Of a DNA stretch of 64,000 nt, positions 50,303-62,411 are shown in pieces. Source of the DNA: Eutreptiella sp. 'Long Island Sound 2002' (lineage: Eukaryota; Protista; Euglenida); assembly GCA_964036045.1 (NCBI GenBank), contig OZ038378.1, positions 176,514,001-176,578,000 of the forward strand, written 5' to 3'. Position 1 is the first letter of the stretch; each line of letters opens with the position of its first letter. The notes beneath the pieces are model-generated. The model was given only the letters and a program-made list of their open reading frames with translations. It made no database searches and was not told the origin of the DNA. Made by a program: the position numbers and the translations under genes.

Positions 50303-52463
50303 GTTGCAAGGTAAACGACTCTGCGGGGAATAGAAAGCGCAAACCTCAATGGCACGGATGCACGCCAACCACGGACATCAGCAAACCCCTCCCTCACTTT
50401 TGCAGGCCCAAGCCAAGCCTTGGGCTCATAGGGGACACGGCCCGATTTTCCTGCTTCATTGATAACAGATGGGTTTTTTTCCGAGAAACTGTGTTCATGA
50501 GCACACGCAGAAATCTCACAAAGAGATCCAGTACTCACAAAGCAGATACGGCTCTTGCATGACTGTATTGGCCTGGTGTAGTCATTGACCCCATGCAACC
50601 AGAAATGCCAGGATCCATTGCTCCATCCGTGCCAAAAGTACCCAAAATGCCCAAGGGGCCTACATGCTTCACCTCTCCTGTGCCATTGCGGTTGTTGGAT
50701 TCAAATGTTGGGGCTCCAGCGGGGAGAAATGGTTGGAGGCACAAGGGGGGCTATTGTGGTAGACTGCAGTGGGGAGGGAGGGGGTTCAGCGCCGTTGTGC
50801 ACTGCCAGAGGCTAACACAAACCGCACACACACAAACCGCGAGTGGGCCACCGCACGGACACAGGAGAGCGAAGGCCCACGCTGTGCACAAGGGGAAGCT
50901 GACCCACGCAATGGACTGCGGCCACCAGTAGGTAGGCCGCTACAGCCACACCAGAGGCTCAGATGTTGCCATCGTATTAGACGATTCACTGCGGTCACTA
51001 GCATGCGAGCTTCCACAGCCATGTGAGCGGGTCAAGGTCCATATTGTGCAACGTGGCAGGCTGACACACACAATGGAAAAATGCGGAGAGCAGGAAGGCG
51101 GGATTGGTTGTGTTTGGGAAAAGATGTTGCATGAGGTGTGTTTGAACATGCTACTTATGATATGATCGCCCATGTGCTGGGCATATCACCTCTTTGGCAG
51201 TGCGACTTTATCCCCTTGTCTATGAATGAGGTTTGTGTGCATGAAAGTGCACTGTTTGTTGTATTGGGCCTCTGGAAAATTGAAAGGTCCGGGGGGGGGG
51301 GGGGGGTTGAACCTCTTTTCCCGACTGCCCCCCCCTTGGGGCTCCAAAGGCAGACGGCCAATGGTGCCCCTTTTCTGTACCCCGCTGTAGGATGCAGGTG
51401 TTGATGCCAACTCTCCCCTGCAAGGCTGAAGGCTGCAGAGCAACAGCGTGAGAACAAAAAGCTCTTCAGTGACAGTTTCACGGGCACCTTTCGCTGTAAC
51501 AAGATGTACACAGTGTACTGAGGCTTGAGGGCGGCAAGGCTAAACCTACATGGTAGTGGTGGTGTGTATGGGAATTGGCATGGGTGTTCGACGAGATGCA
51601 TCGGGGTCGGCATGTGGGAGAGGTGTGCAGGGGGAAGGGGGATAGGAGTGCACGGAGACCTGCATGCTCAGGTATGCTGGCATACGCCGACAGCCCCAAC
51701 AGCCTCACGTCACATGATCCATGTAAACCCTGTGCAACCCACCTTGTCACGATGGTTGTTGGCGATATCCCGTGGGTTTGAACTGCTCCCCAGCCCCCAC
51801 AACCCGGATCCTGGCATCACATGTATTCACACAGCCGAAATGCCAAATTGTACCCATACAGGCAAACTGGCACATCCCACTCTTGTATGATACACTTGTT
51901 TGGAGTGCTCGTCAGACGAATCAACTGAGACACTTGTTCACTGCAGAAGCACCCCCCTCGCCCCCCCCCCCCCAAATACACGGGGATAATCCCCTCCCAT
52001 GGTACAAAATACCCAAAAAATAGGCCTGGGGCGGGCGGGTGGGGGGGGTTGGCATGATGCCTGGATGGATTGCTGTCTGAAGCTGGCGGCGCCTATTGGC
52101 CTCTCGCCACTTGCCCGTATCCTTTCCTCGAACCCTGTCCCTCCGTCGGTGGCAGTGCACATCGGCCTCTCACCACCGAGTGCCCTCCCTCACCCTGCCT
52201 GGCCCATCCATGCCCCCCCCTGCACACCATTCCTTTCCATTGGCAGTTTGTGCCAACGGAGCCCCCAGACTGTCGCTGTTTCACTGCTCTGCGTCAGGTC
52301 CACACGGAGGAGGGCAACGGCCCTCGCCATTGCCCAGGTGCGTCCAAGCGGAACCCCCATACCGGCGGTGGCTGTTGGGGGGAAGGGGGGTTTTATCCCT
52401 ACGACCGCTGCCCCGCACGGTCCCCCTTCCCCCCTCCCCTGGGGGCTGTCCTGCACCCAATAT

Positions 52464-53582
52464 TCACTTCTTGTTGTCCTGAAACTTTGCAGCAGCCACG
52501 GGCTCCCCTTCGCCTTCATCACTACTGTCCTCATCACTAAACTCGTGGTCTGCTGCTTCCCGCACATACAACTGCTCCGCATCGAGTGCTTGCACGCAGA
52601 ACGACTCACCGCACCTCACTTGCCCCCCCCCCTCCTGTGCTGCATCCGACCCATCAACAACCACAACTCGTGGCACCGTCAACACAACAGCAAACGTGCG
52701 GCCGCCCTGCGGAAACTGCAACTTCACGAAGGTACTTTCCCCTGGTCCAGGGACTGTGAAAGTGCGCAGGGGGTCCTCAGGTTCGCTACCCAAGCGCACG
52801 GGGCACGCTGCAGGAGGCACCGCCGGGGCGAGTCGCCGCCGCAATTTGCGTGAGGGATACTCTGCGTAAGCGGGTTTGTGGTTGATCCAGATGTTCACAA
52901 GGAGCGATATCCGCCGCGCGTCCTGCGCCGTGGGGCACACGCTGCCGATGAGGGCTTCGCTCAGGTCTGCAGGGGCGCCATGCAGTAAGCGGCCGTCGAA
53001 GCATATGTGCTTGCCACGCCGTGGGGGCGAGACCTGAAGTGCGCTGACGGTCTGGGGGATGTGCTCCAGATCCTGGTATTGCTTCTGCACGCACACTGTG
53101 GTTACGACAGTGGGGGCCCCAATGTTGCTGAGGTACGTCACGGTGCTCAGATGCGGGGGCACGTTAAGGCCATGTTCCTCCTTTGAGTAGTCCTTGTCCC
53201 AGTGGAATCCCACATCCGCGGTGTCCTCAATGCACAGTGTCCACCACTCAGCCCCAGAGCCCTTGGCATCAAAAGCAGGGTCCTTCTGGATATTGCATGT
53301 GTGAAAGCGGAAAATGTCGAGCACCACCTGCTCAATCAAAGAGGTTGGTGTGGCAGAAGCCGGCACCCAATAAGTATCCCCGCCACTGAGTTCATCATTC
53401 TCCTCTGCATCCCCAAGAGGCGTGGCTGAAAATGCGGCCGCGCAGCTGCTCACCAGCTGCTCTGTAATGCCCGCATCGCTGACGTCAATCGCATTTGTAA
53501 AAGAGCGGAAATTGGTGTTCAGGAGGCTCAGATCTACAGCACCGCGCACAACGCGGCATTGGTCATCTTGGGGCAGCTCCAT
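52464..53582 (-). CDS. 2OG-Fe(II) oxygenase-like protein, intronless, 372 aa
   Basis: GAEWW, FHWDKD (HxD), STVTYLS, FDGRLLHG (distal His) and RISLLVNIW (Arg) fit a double-stranded beta-helix dioxygenase. It has an acidic tail. Confidence 0.8.
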   Translation of the reverse strand: MELPQDDQCRVVRGAVDLSLLNTNFRSFTNAIDVSDAGITEQLVSSCAAAFSATPLGDAEENDELSGGDTYWVPASATPTSLIEQVVLDIFRFHTCNIQKDPAFDAKGSGAEWWTLCIEDTADVGFHWDKDYSKEEHGLNVPPHLSTVTYLSNIGAPTVVTTVCVQKQYQDLEHIPQTVSALQVSPPRRGKHICFDGRLLHGAPADLSEALIGSVCPTAQDARRISLLVNIWINHKPAYAEYPSRKLRRRLAPAVPPAACPVRLGSEPEDPLRTFTVPGPGESTFVKLQFPQGGRTFAVVLTVPRVVVVDGSDAAQEGGGQVRCGESFCVQALDAEQLYVREAADHEFSDEDSSDEGEGEPVAAAKFQDNKK

Positions 53583-53612
53583 GGGGGCAGCTGGCCGGGC
53601 ACTGCAAAGGCA

Positions 53613-53637
53613 GGAAAACAAATAGACACTCAGAAAA
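53613..53637 (-). other. Relic euglenid spliced-leader exon sequence
   Basis: The minus strand reads TTTTCTGAGTGTCTATTTGTTTTCC. Against the Euglena SL core TTTCTGAGTGTCTATTTTTTTTCG (recalled) it matches 22/24. It is not followed by GT, so it is not an SL RNA gene. Confidence 0.85.
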
Positions 53638-54494
53638 TACCCCCACCACCACAACCACTGTTAACGAGGGCTCCGTTGGACGTGTTTGGATGGATTCTGT
53701 TATTTCCTTGATATCTTTGGATAGATGCTGTTCCTTCCCAACGGCCTCTAGATGGGTGCTGTTACTTCTTGGAGGAGTTTGGATGGATGCTGTTGAAGCC
53801 CTCTGGATGATGCTGTGTCATTTTGGAGGGCTTTGGATGCATTGGAAACCCCACCTCAAAGTTTGGGGGGCTCCAAATCCCCAACCCCCCCCCCCCCCCC
53901 TGTACTTTTCAATTTTCCACCAACCTTCTTCGACAACAGGGTCAACCACCTCATGGCAGAGTGCCAAATATGGACATCCATCTTGTCAGAGTCAATGCTT
54001 TGTTTTTCCTTTGTTTGATATTTGTAGTTGCGCTATGGGGGGAATGTTTGCCCAGCGCGCGCCCGGCGTGCTACCTTTGTATTAAGTATCTCATCTCTAG
54101 CCCCAAGTTTATCCTCACCTTGGGAAGTCCCCCAAGTAGACCGCACTAGACCGCAAACCTTCTGTGCAAGACACCTTGTATAAGCCAAAATATGAGAATT
54201 CAACAACACAAAATGTCACTCACACCACTTCCAACCACCATCCTTGCCATAGTCATAAACTGGGTGCAAGGGATGGGCCAAATTCATAGACACGGCGAGA
54301 AGGTATTCCAAATTGTTTGGTGAGGTGGGGGCAAAAACAGGCACAAGTGGGGAATGGTCAAAAAGAGATGCCCGGCGCGCGCGCAGCACGCTAACGCTCC
54401 CCCATGGGCACAGCAGCAGCCATTGTGACAACTGAATGGCAAAAATGCAGTGCTGGTACCCAGGCTAGTACCTGCATGATGCACAGTGCATGCA

Positions 54495-54900
54495 CTGTCA
54501 GGATTCCACGTTAGCCGCAGCCAAATTAGCTGTCCAGCCGCAGGGGCTGGGGAAGATGGGGAAAATGGGGGGAAATGGGGGGAAATGAGGGAAAACGTGG
54601 AAAATTGGGGGGGAATGGGGGGGATGGGGGGAAGGATGGGGGACAATGGAGAAAAATGGGGAATTGTGAGAAATTGTCAAAAGTACATTGTGGGAAATGT
54701 ATTAGAAAGAATGTGTGAAATTGATCAGAGATAGGAGTAAAATCGGAGGAAAATGGGACAATTTGGACAACTTTCCCATTTTTTCCAGTCCCATATTCCC
54801 CATTTTTCCACAGCTTCGCCACCTTTCCTTCGGGTTCCTTTCATGAATTTTGCGAGCCGAACTAGCCCGCTGGAAAAATGGAAAATTTTTGCCACAAACT
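54495..54900. repeat. Interspersed GGGGAAAT-array repeat family, copy 2
   Basis: Homologous to 30654-31054. Confidence 0.75.
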
Positions 54901-57900
54901 TTGGGCAAATGGTCATTCTTGGGTCTTAAAATGTTGCACTGTCGGGGCATTTGGGCTGCTTGCTTTCTGGAGGCTTTTTGTGGAGGCTTGGTTTTTTCTT
55001 GGAGGCTCCTGGATGCTTGCTGTTTAATCTTGAAATTTCTCTATGTTTGCTCGTTATTCCTAGATGCTTCGGGATGGATGCTGTTAATTCTTGGTGGTTT
55101 CTCGATGGTTGCTATTAATTCCTTGAGGCTTCTGGATGGTTGTCGCCAGACTCATTGCCCACATAACACCCACGTGCGGAAGGGGAGATACCGGTGGCAG
55201 GCACCCCTATCACCATTTGATTGGATGTTAGTGACGGTGATGCCTGCAGGAAGCCATGAAAAGAACATTGTTGATGCTGGTCAAACCAATGGTCATACCT
55301 TTTAGAGCCCTGAAACACATGCACTGCCCTGTAAACTGATGTGTAGAATAATCCCAATACACACACCGCGCGTGCAACATGTATGGTATCCCCCCGCCCC
55401 CCAGTCCTAAAGTTCTCCCCAATTGGCCCCCTTAACGTGCATCCTGATGGCTCTAGGGTATTGTAAGAGATCCAGGAGCGGAAGTGAAGGACAAGATTTC
55501 CTGCTGTCTCATTCCAAACATTAGTGGACAAGCTTCTTACCCAGTCGTGAACACTGTACTTATTTGTGATCTGTTTGTGAGATTGTACAGCACGTTTCGC
55601 CTCTCAGCTATTGATACTGTCTCTCTTGTATGCGAAGCTGCACATTATCAGCTCATCAACTCCAGAGTGGCACAGTGGCAACCAAAGCAGCTCCTGAGCT
55701 GCATACCTGCATTTAGTGGCTCCTGCGTGACGGACCTGCGTGTAACAGCAGGGCAAGGAAACTTGATGCACAAGCAGCAACAGAGTAGATGCTGCTTCAT
55801 GCGTGACCGGCACCGAACAAGGTAACTGTCATGAACACTCACAGTAGTTCACAGCAGCAGGACGCAGCAGCAGGACGCAGCAGCAGCAGCAGCAGCAGGG
55901 CGCAAATGAATGAAACGGGGGGCAACAATGCAAATGTGTTTGTTTGCAGTGGTTTCTTAATTTGTATGGTTTTACCTCGAGCATTTGTTGCATATATTGC
56001 ATATTTATTGGATTCTAAACCAAACGATTGATCCTGATCTTCTTGGTAACCTGCTTTGCATTACTTTGCCGAGATTGTGTTGGACTACTTTGTGAAATCC
56101 AACATCATTTTGCAGTGGGAAACAAACATCTCTACTGAAGCAGGATACTAAGATAGTCTTTGTCTTGTCACGGCTTCCCGCTCCGCGTGAGGGATCTGCA
56201 GAAGGAAGTTGCAGCAAGGGGCACCGGCTGGCACCAGCTTGGCAGAGGTGGAAACGGAGGTACTAGGGACCAGGTCAGGAGAGCCACGGAATCCCATGAT
56301 TGCCATCGAGACATGTCAGGGGTTGCGTTTTTGGAGTGTCATGCGGCATCATTACACAAATGTCTGTCCCTGAGCCTTGCAAACCTTATGCCCTCGCGTG
56401 CCCTGCGGATGGTTTCAACATTTGAGTTGATTGGGCATTTGTTGCCCAAATCGCTATATTAATGCATGAAATCTTCCAAAAAAAAAAAAAACAGCTGCCA
56501 AGAGGGCAACAATACTGAACATCCCTCAACAAAGCCTCCGCAGCGCCTGCATCAACACCCAAGACAGATCACACATCGTTTGGGTGCAAGACGGGGAGGT
56601 CAGACAATTGAACCTGACGCCACAACAGCAGCGGCAAAAAAAGGCTGGTGGTCAACAGGGTAGACCAGGGTAACAATAACCGCTCGACAACCGGCGGTTG
56701 GCAGTCAACTGAGGCGACTTCGACCTGGTCGACCAGGCTGGGTCCAGAGGTGAACATTGGTACAAAGTCCTCATTGGACAATAGCCCCCCGAATAGAATT
56801 GGGAGGGGATGACAGAGAAATACAGAAACGTGCAGAGACGTACTACGGGATGGGGCCACTGAGACTATTGCCCCTCAAAAAGTATCGGTCGACAAAGGGG
56901 ACGGCCACGAAATATCGAATTCCCAAAAATGATCGCCATGTCGGTGCTGATCATCTTGAGATGCACAGGTTTGTGGCAAAACACTAGGCATGCAGCCCCC
57001 CCAAAATGTTTCCAGCATCCGTTTCTTGTGGGCTCGGTCGCCGCCAGAGGACTGACTCTTATGAAGTAGGCGGGGGTGAGGGTGGTGGGGTCTGTGGATC
57101 GGGCCCAGCGCCCCCCCCCCTCCCCTGAGATGCACAACGAAGTGCCTCATTTTGTCGACAGACATCGGCGGTAACCGCCAATCCCGTGATGCGCAGCCCC
57201 CACACGAGCGCCCAAAAGGAGCAGGCTACTGATGCAGTGATCTTCATGAAGCAGCGCTGAAAATTTTGCGGGATGTGTGCGGATCGCAAACATTCCCTGA
57301 CCCCTCTGAGTCTCCTGCTGTCACCCCTTCGCCCCAGGTCCGTCCCTCCAGTCTCTCCTGCACCCCTGCACCCAAGCCACCAACTCCCCTCCCCCATTCC
57401 TTGCATAAGAACGGGGGCAGCGGCAGATGATTAGGAAACCCGTCGGCGTGTGCAGTGGCCCTACCCCCTTTCAGTGCATCCTGGCAACGGTATGGATGTC
57501 TTCCCCACCGCACCCGTATAACCCAGGCTCCATGCGTCCCTCCCCCACTTCAGCCACGCTGCACACATCAGAAACTTCATAACAAGTGCAGTATGGCTCT
57601 GTGTCATTTCCTCAAACACAGAACAAATTCACTGCCCCATGGCCCCCACGCCCCGAACGATATACGGAGGCGCAAGAGAAGCGCGAGCTTGCGCCAAACT
57701 AAGCCTCCAGCCGATGTGAAGGGTCTGGCTCGGAGCAGGAGGCAAATGTACAGGCGCCAGTGTGTGCATCTGGGGGGGTCGTGCAGCGAGTCCCAGTGGG
57801 GACCCCCGCTGGTACCGCCCGTTTGTTCAACCCTCGTGGACACGCAGGGAAGACTTGGCGCATGTTTGGGTCAATGGTCAGGGATTTCGTGCTGTGCTGC

Positions 57901-58607
57901 GGATGAGGCAAGGGCCAAGGCTGGTGTCTGCCCAAGCCACACAATGGACAGTGAGTGTACCACACGGTACGCCGCCAGCCCTTATCCCCCACCCCTCCTC
58001 CACAGCAATCCACACCAGGTGTACTAAACAGTACCGCACCCGACTTTACGGACCACGCCCCTGCAGCCCCCACAGCACCGGATACCCAATGAACTATACG
58101 GTACAGCACCAGCCTTCATGGAAAACTCTGCCCCCTCGCCTGAGGCACTGGACACCAGGTGTAATACACCCTGCCCCACCAGCCTTCGAGGAACAACCCC
58201 GCCCCCTCCCCCCACAGAACTGGACACCGGGTGTCTACATGGTCACCACCAGCCTTTTGCAACACCACAGCCCAATGACAAGTAATTTGTTGTTTTTTTT
58301 GGGGGGGGGGGTCGTGAAAAATCACAGAGACCAGATTGAGGGAGGCAGCCCACGGGTCTCGGAGAGGGTAGTTCGGGGCAACCCCATCAACCCCAGCCCC
58401 AGCCCCAGCCCAACGTCAGACCGCATCCGACCCCATCCCCAACCACCGCGTCAACCTAAATTGCGTGGCCCTAGAACAACAACTCAAGCACAGGAAATGG
58501 GCCACAACCTTCGAGACACGCATGTACGAATGGATGAACTCTCCACTGGAACCCCCCCCCCCCCAAGCGGCGGTTTCACAGGAGGACTATACTGTGCGGC
58601 CAGCCCC

Positions 58608-59441
58608 TCACTTGCGCTTCTGCAGCTTCAGCTGGGCCTCTGCCAGGAACATTGGGATGCCATGCTCCCGACCGATGGTCCGCTCGGAAAGGTCCCCCAG
58701 CGTCTTCAGCAGCAGCGAGTCCAGCAGCTTGAGACCCCCACCGGGGCCCCCACTGGGGCTGCGGGCGTCGCGGGACGGCCGGTCCGGCATGAACAACAGG
58801 AACTGGTCCTCGTGGGGGAGGAAGCAGGAGGTCAGGCGATACAGGCCCTGGTCCTGGGTCTTATGGATCTTCCAGCCCGTCAGCTTGTACACGTTGTCCC
58901 GGTACTGCACCGTTTGCTTCTGGAACTCCTGCACCAACTTCTGGTGCAGCTTCTCCTTCTCTTCCAGCCGCGCCTTCTGCGCTGCGACCTCCGACTGGAG
59001 CGCGGCCAGGGCAACGGGCACGTTCTCTTTGTCGGGGGCGCTGGGAGGCTGCCGGGCAGCCTCTAGCTGCGCTTCGAGCGCGTCAATGCGCTGCTGCGCG
59101 AGGGGGGGGATGCCGCAGTGGAGGACCTTTGTGGTCTGCTCGTTGTAGGCCCCCTTGCCCACGAGACCTGTCAGCCTAGCGACCTCCTCCTCGAGCGCGT
59201 CCCGCTGCTTCACCAGGCGGCCGACCTCCTGCTGATGCCCTGCGGCCGCCGCCTCGCGCCGTCCCGCCTCTGCCTGCAGCGCGCGGTTCTCACGGGAAAG
59301 CCGCTCCACCTCCGAGCTCAATTGCTCCATCTGCCGGTCCCGGTCCCGAACCATCGTCTGCAGCCCTGAGAGTCGCGACTGCAGCGCAGTGCGGTCCTTC
59401 ACAGGCGTCGCTCGGACCATCTCTGCCTCGTGCCGCGTCAT
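58608..59441 (-). CDS. MAD1: Mitotic spindle checkpoint protein MAD1, last exon
   Basis: TTKVLH, YRDNVYKLTGWKI, LYRLTS, LKLLDS and GIPMFLAEAQLKL match the MAD1 C-terminal domain. Acceptor CCTCAG, phase 0. Confidence 0.88.
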   Translation of the reverse strand: MTRHEAEMVRATPVKDRTALQSRLSGLQTMVRDRDRQMEQLSSEVERLSRENRALQAEAGRREAAAAGHQQEVGRLVKQRDALEEEVARLTGLVGKGAYNEQTTKVLHCGIPPLAQQRIDALEAQLEAARQPPSAPDKENVPVALAALQSEVAAQKARLEEKEKLHQKLVQEFQKQTVQYRDNVYKLTGWKIHKTQDQGLYRLTSCFLPHEDQFLLFMPDRPSRDARSPSGGPGGGLKLLDSLLLKTLGDLSERTIGREHGIPMFLAEAQLKLQKRK

Positions 59442-59856
59442 CTGAGGCCGGCAGGTGGGCGGGATGGAGGGAGAGAGATTAGGGAGGGAGGGAGGGAGTT
59501 GGAGTTGGAGTTGGAGCAGGTGTTTGGACAAGGGCGTGTTTGCGCGCGATGCATACCACGAAACACACGTTGCAGACATATCCCAAACCCACCCTCAACC
59601 CACAAAAGGGTGCCCAACAGCCCAGCATACACACCATACCACAAGAGAACATGGAAGTGCAGGTACACCCACACTTTCACACCCAAGTTGACGACTCCTG
59701 CACAACGCTACGACCCACATCTTCTTCGTACTGGTACCGCAAAAACCGATCCCATGATCCCAAAAAGTGCGGAAACACGGGGTTGCGGTGTTTGGACAAC
59801 GGCGTGGTAGCGCAAGGGGGTGGGAGGGTGTGAAAGAGGATGGGAGGGAGGGACAC

Positions 59857-60456
59857 CGTCGACTGCAGCGCCTTATGCTCCAACTTCAGCGCAGCCAGCG
59901 ATGCGGTGCCACTCGCAAGCTCTGCTTGCAGCTCCTGTGCCTGCTCCCGAAGCTGCACCACCTCCGCCGTGCGGGCAGCCGTCTCCTCCGTGGCAGCCTC
60001 GAGACGGCCCTTCAGCCGCCCAACCTCCTGCTGCAGTTCTGATGCGGTCGCCGTCGACTGCGCGTGCGACGCCTCCGCCGCCGCGAGCAGTGCCGCTGCT
60101 GCCTCCGGCGCACGCTCCGGGAACGCCGCACACCACCGGCTGAGCTCGGCCTCGGCAGACCGGCCCTGCTCCTGCGCCCCAGCCAACGCCTGCTCCGCCT
60201 CGGACCGCTGCTGCTCGGCCCGGCGGAGGTCGACGCTTGCCCGCTGCAGCTTCTGGTCCACGCTCCTGAGCCCCTGCAGCTCCCGCTTCAGCTGCGCAAT
60301 CTCCTCCGCGCTGTCTCCCAACCGCTCCAACTGCCGCTGCAGCTCCTCCTTCTGCAGCCGCATGGCCGCAAGCTCCGCCTCGAGCCCTGGGTCCGGCCCC
60401 AGTGGATGCTGCGCTGCCTCCAGTTGGCGCCGCGCCTCGTCACGCTCTGCCGTCAC
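59857..60456 (-). CDS. MAD1: MAD1 internal exon (coiled coil, 200 aa)
   Basis: Acceptor TTGTAG and donor GTGTCC, both phase 0. Heptad-rich. Joins in frame to the last exon across intron 59442-59856. Confidence 0.85.
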
Positions 60457-62411
60457 CTACAATTACATGTGCCACAGGGCAAATGCCGCAGGGAGGGGCG
60501 GTGGGGACTGGTCCAACGCCCCTCTCCCCGTGCCTGGGGCGTGGGAGGAGGGGGTCAAGCGATGAAGGCCCAACCGCAAAGCTGCACTCAGCACCATGCA
60601 AACAGCGCTTGGGGCCTTGGGGCCGTGTCGCTTCTGGGCTCTGCTTCTCTTTGGCCAGATCTGACAGGAGATGGACTTTCTTTGGGGCATGTAGAGCTCA
60701 AAACTGTTCGGTTCAGAATCGGGTTTTGCCTCGCCAGGGGGGCGTGGGGCTGCGTTGGCAAACCCACGCAGAAGCAGAATTTTGGGGAACCCCGAGAGCC
60801 CCACGAGGGGGGGGGGGGTTCTCGGAATTCTCCGGGTTTGCGGGTCCGGCAATCCTCCTCCCCCCCGTGGGGGTAGGCCGTATGCGCGGGTCCAGGGTAC
60901 CGCTTAATCCCCTCCAAACCCTGTCCAATGCTCGTGTCTTGTGTGTTGCACCAGCGCTTGGGTGAGTGGGTGGGTCCGTGGGGTCAAGCCCCCCCAAGCA
61001 CCCCCCGTTTGGGTAGCAAAGTCTTGGTCCAGAAACTTACCGAAACATTGTAAGAGAATGTGGAAAATCAGGGAATTGGGGGGATCTTGAGAATTTTTTT
61101 TGGGGGGGGAAGATGGGGAAATCTTGATCAGAAGGCCCCAAAATGCCGCTGTTGGCAGATAAAATGATGGGGAGGGTGGGCTAATGAGGGACTGATTGGA
61201 GGGGAAATGGAGGGGAGGCTGGGGGGGGGGGGGGGATCGGGGGAAATTTGACAATGGGGCGTGTGGTTGTGGTTGTGCTTGGGTTTCGCCAATCTTGCCA
61301 GGCAGATCTGTGCTAGCCCCATATAATGCCGGCCACACTCAAGGAAAATCTGGCAAGCTAGTCAATGTGCTAGGTCCCCAACTCGAGCAACTTCCAGGGG
61401 AACGCCCCTGGAGGAAGCCCGTCAACATGTTGGCAATGTGCCCTGCGCATCGTCGGAGGAACACGTCGTTCGGCGAATAAAAATCGTCCGGGAAGGGAAG
61501 ACAGTGCCCTGTGGCCGTGTGGCGTCCGCAGGCACCCACACATGCCAAGGTACCCCAAACGCACATGGCAGACGTTGTTGTACGGGGGCGACCCAACAGC
61601 CGCCCGCAGGTGCGCACGTCACCAGAGCTGAGGATGGGCCATAAAGCCAAGGCAGGACGCATGCAGAGGAGATGGACGGGCACCCCAACACGGGACAATG
61701 AGCAACGGCAGCAGCAAGGGATGAGGGGAGGCGTGGTGGGCGCCAGGTGGAGGGGAAATGTAAGGAGCTGCATGGGAGAGTTCGGAAGGTCCGGTGTGGA
61801 CCCGCCACTGTGCTCCAGCTGCGCCTGCCTTCATATAGCCTTCACTGCCTTCTCATTTCGATCCAAGTTCGTACGCAAGTTCTCGCACTCATGCTCACAT
61901 TGTCCGAGTCTCGAACCCCCGGGAGAGCTCGGGGGCCATAAAGCAACGGATACAGAGCTCACATATGCCCCCGTGTCACAGGCATATGGTCATCGCCACA
62001 AACTTCAGTTCAATGTTTGACCTTCTGCTTTGCAGTACCCCTCAAACGTGGGCCGAATGTTGCCTTGAGCTCACCGCAGTCAGCGGCTATCGAATGTTTC
62101 TTGGCCCGTTTGGATAGGCCTACAAGCCTACACCCCCCATTGGATCGGTTAGGCAGGCATCCCAGAATAACAAAACGGACGGCTCCACGGCAGGCCAACC
62201 AGGACCTGGGCTCGAACCCGTGTTCTGTGGCGTGTGTGTGCAGTGCATTTCCGGTTTGCTGCTTGGCCATCACCAATATAACCGTTTTCCCAACCGCCCG
62301 CTCCCGTTTCCCAGTTTACCTCCCCGGGGTTCGAACTGTCCGTTGGTTCATATCTCGAACCGAAGCCCGGAGGCAGGGCCGGCCCCATCGCCTCCATGGG
62401 GGGGTGCACAC

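Noticed and set aside
57762-59148. Plus-strand ORFs 57762..59066 and 58465..59148
   Set aside because: Antisense to the MAD1 last exon plus repeat-derived sequence.
61831-61915. Coiled-coil-like peptide RLGQCEHECENLRTNLDRNEKAVKAI in the MAD1 intron as an extra exon
   Set aside because: It ends in an in-frame TGA, and the nearest AG is out of phase with the phase-0 upstream donor.
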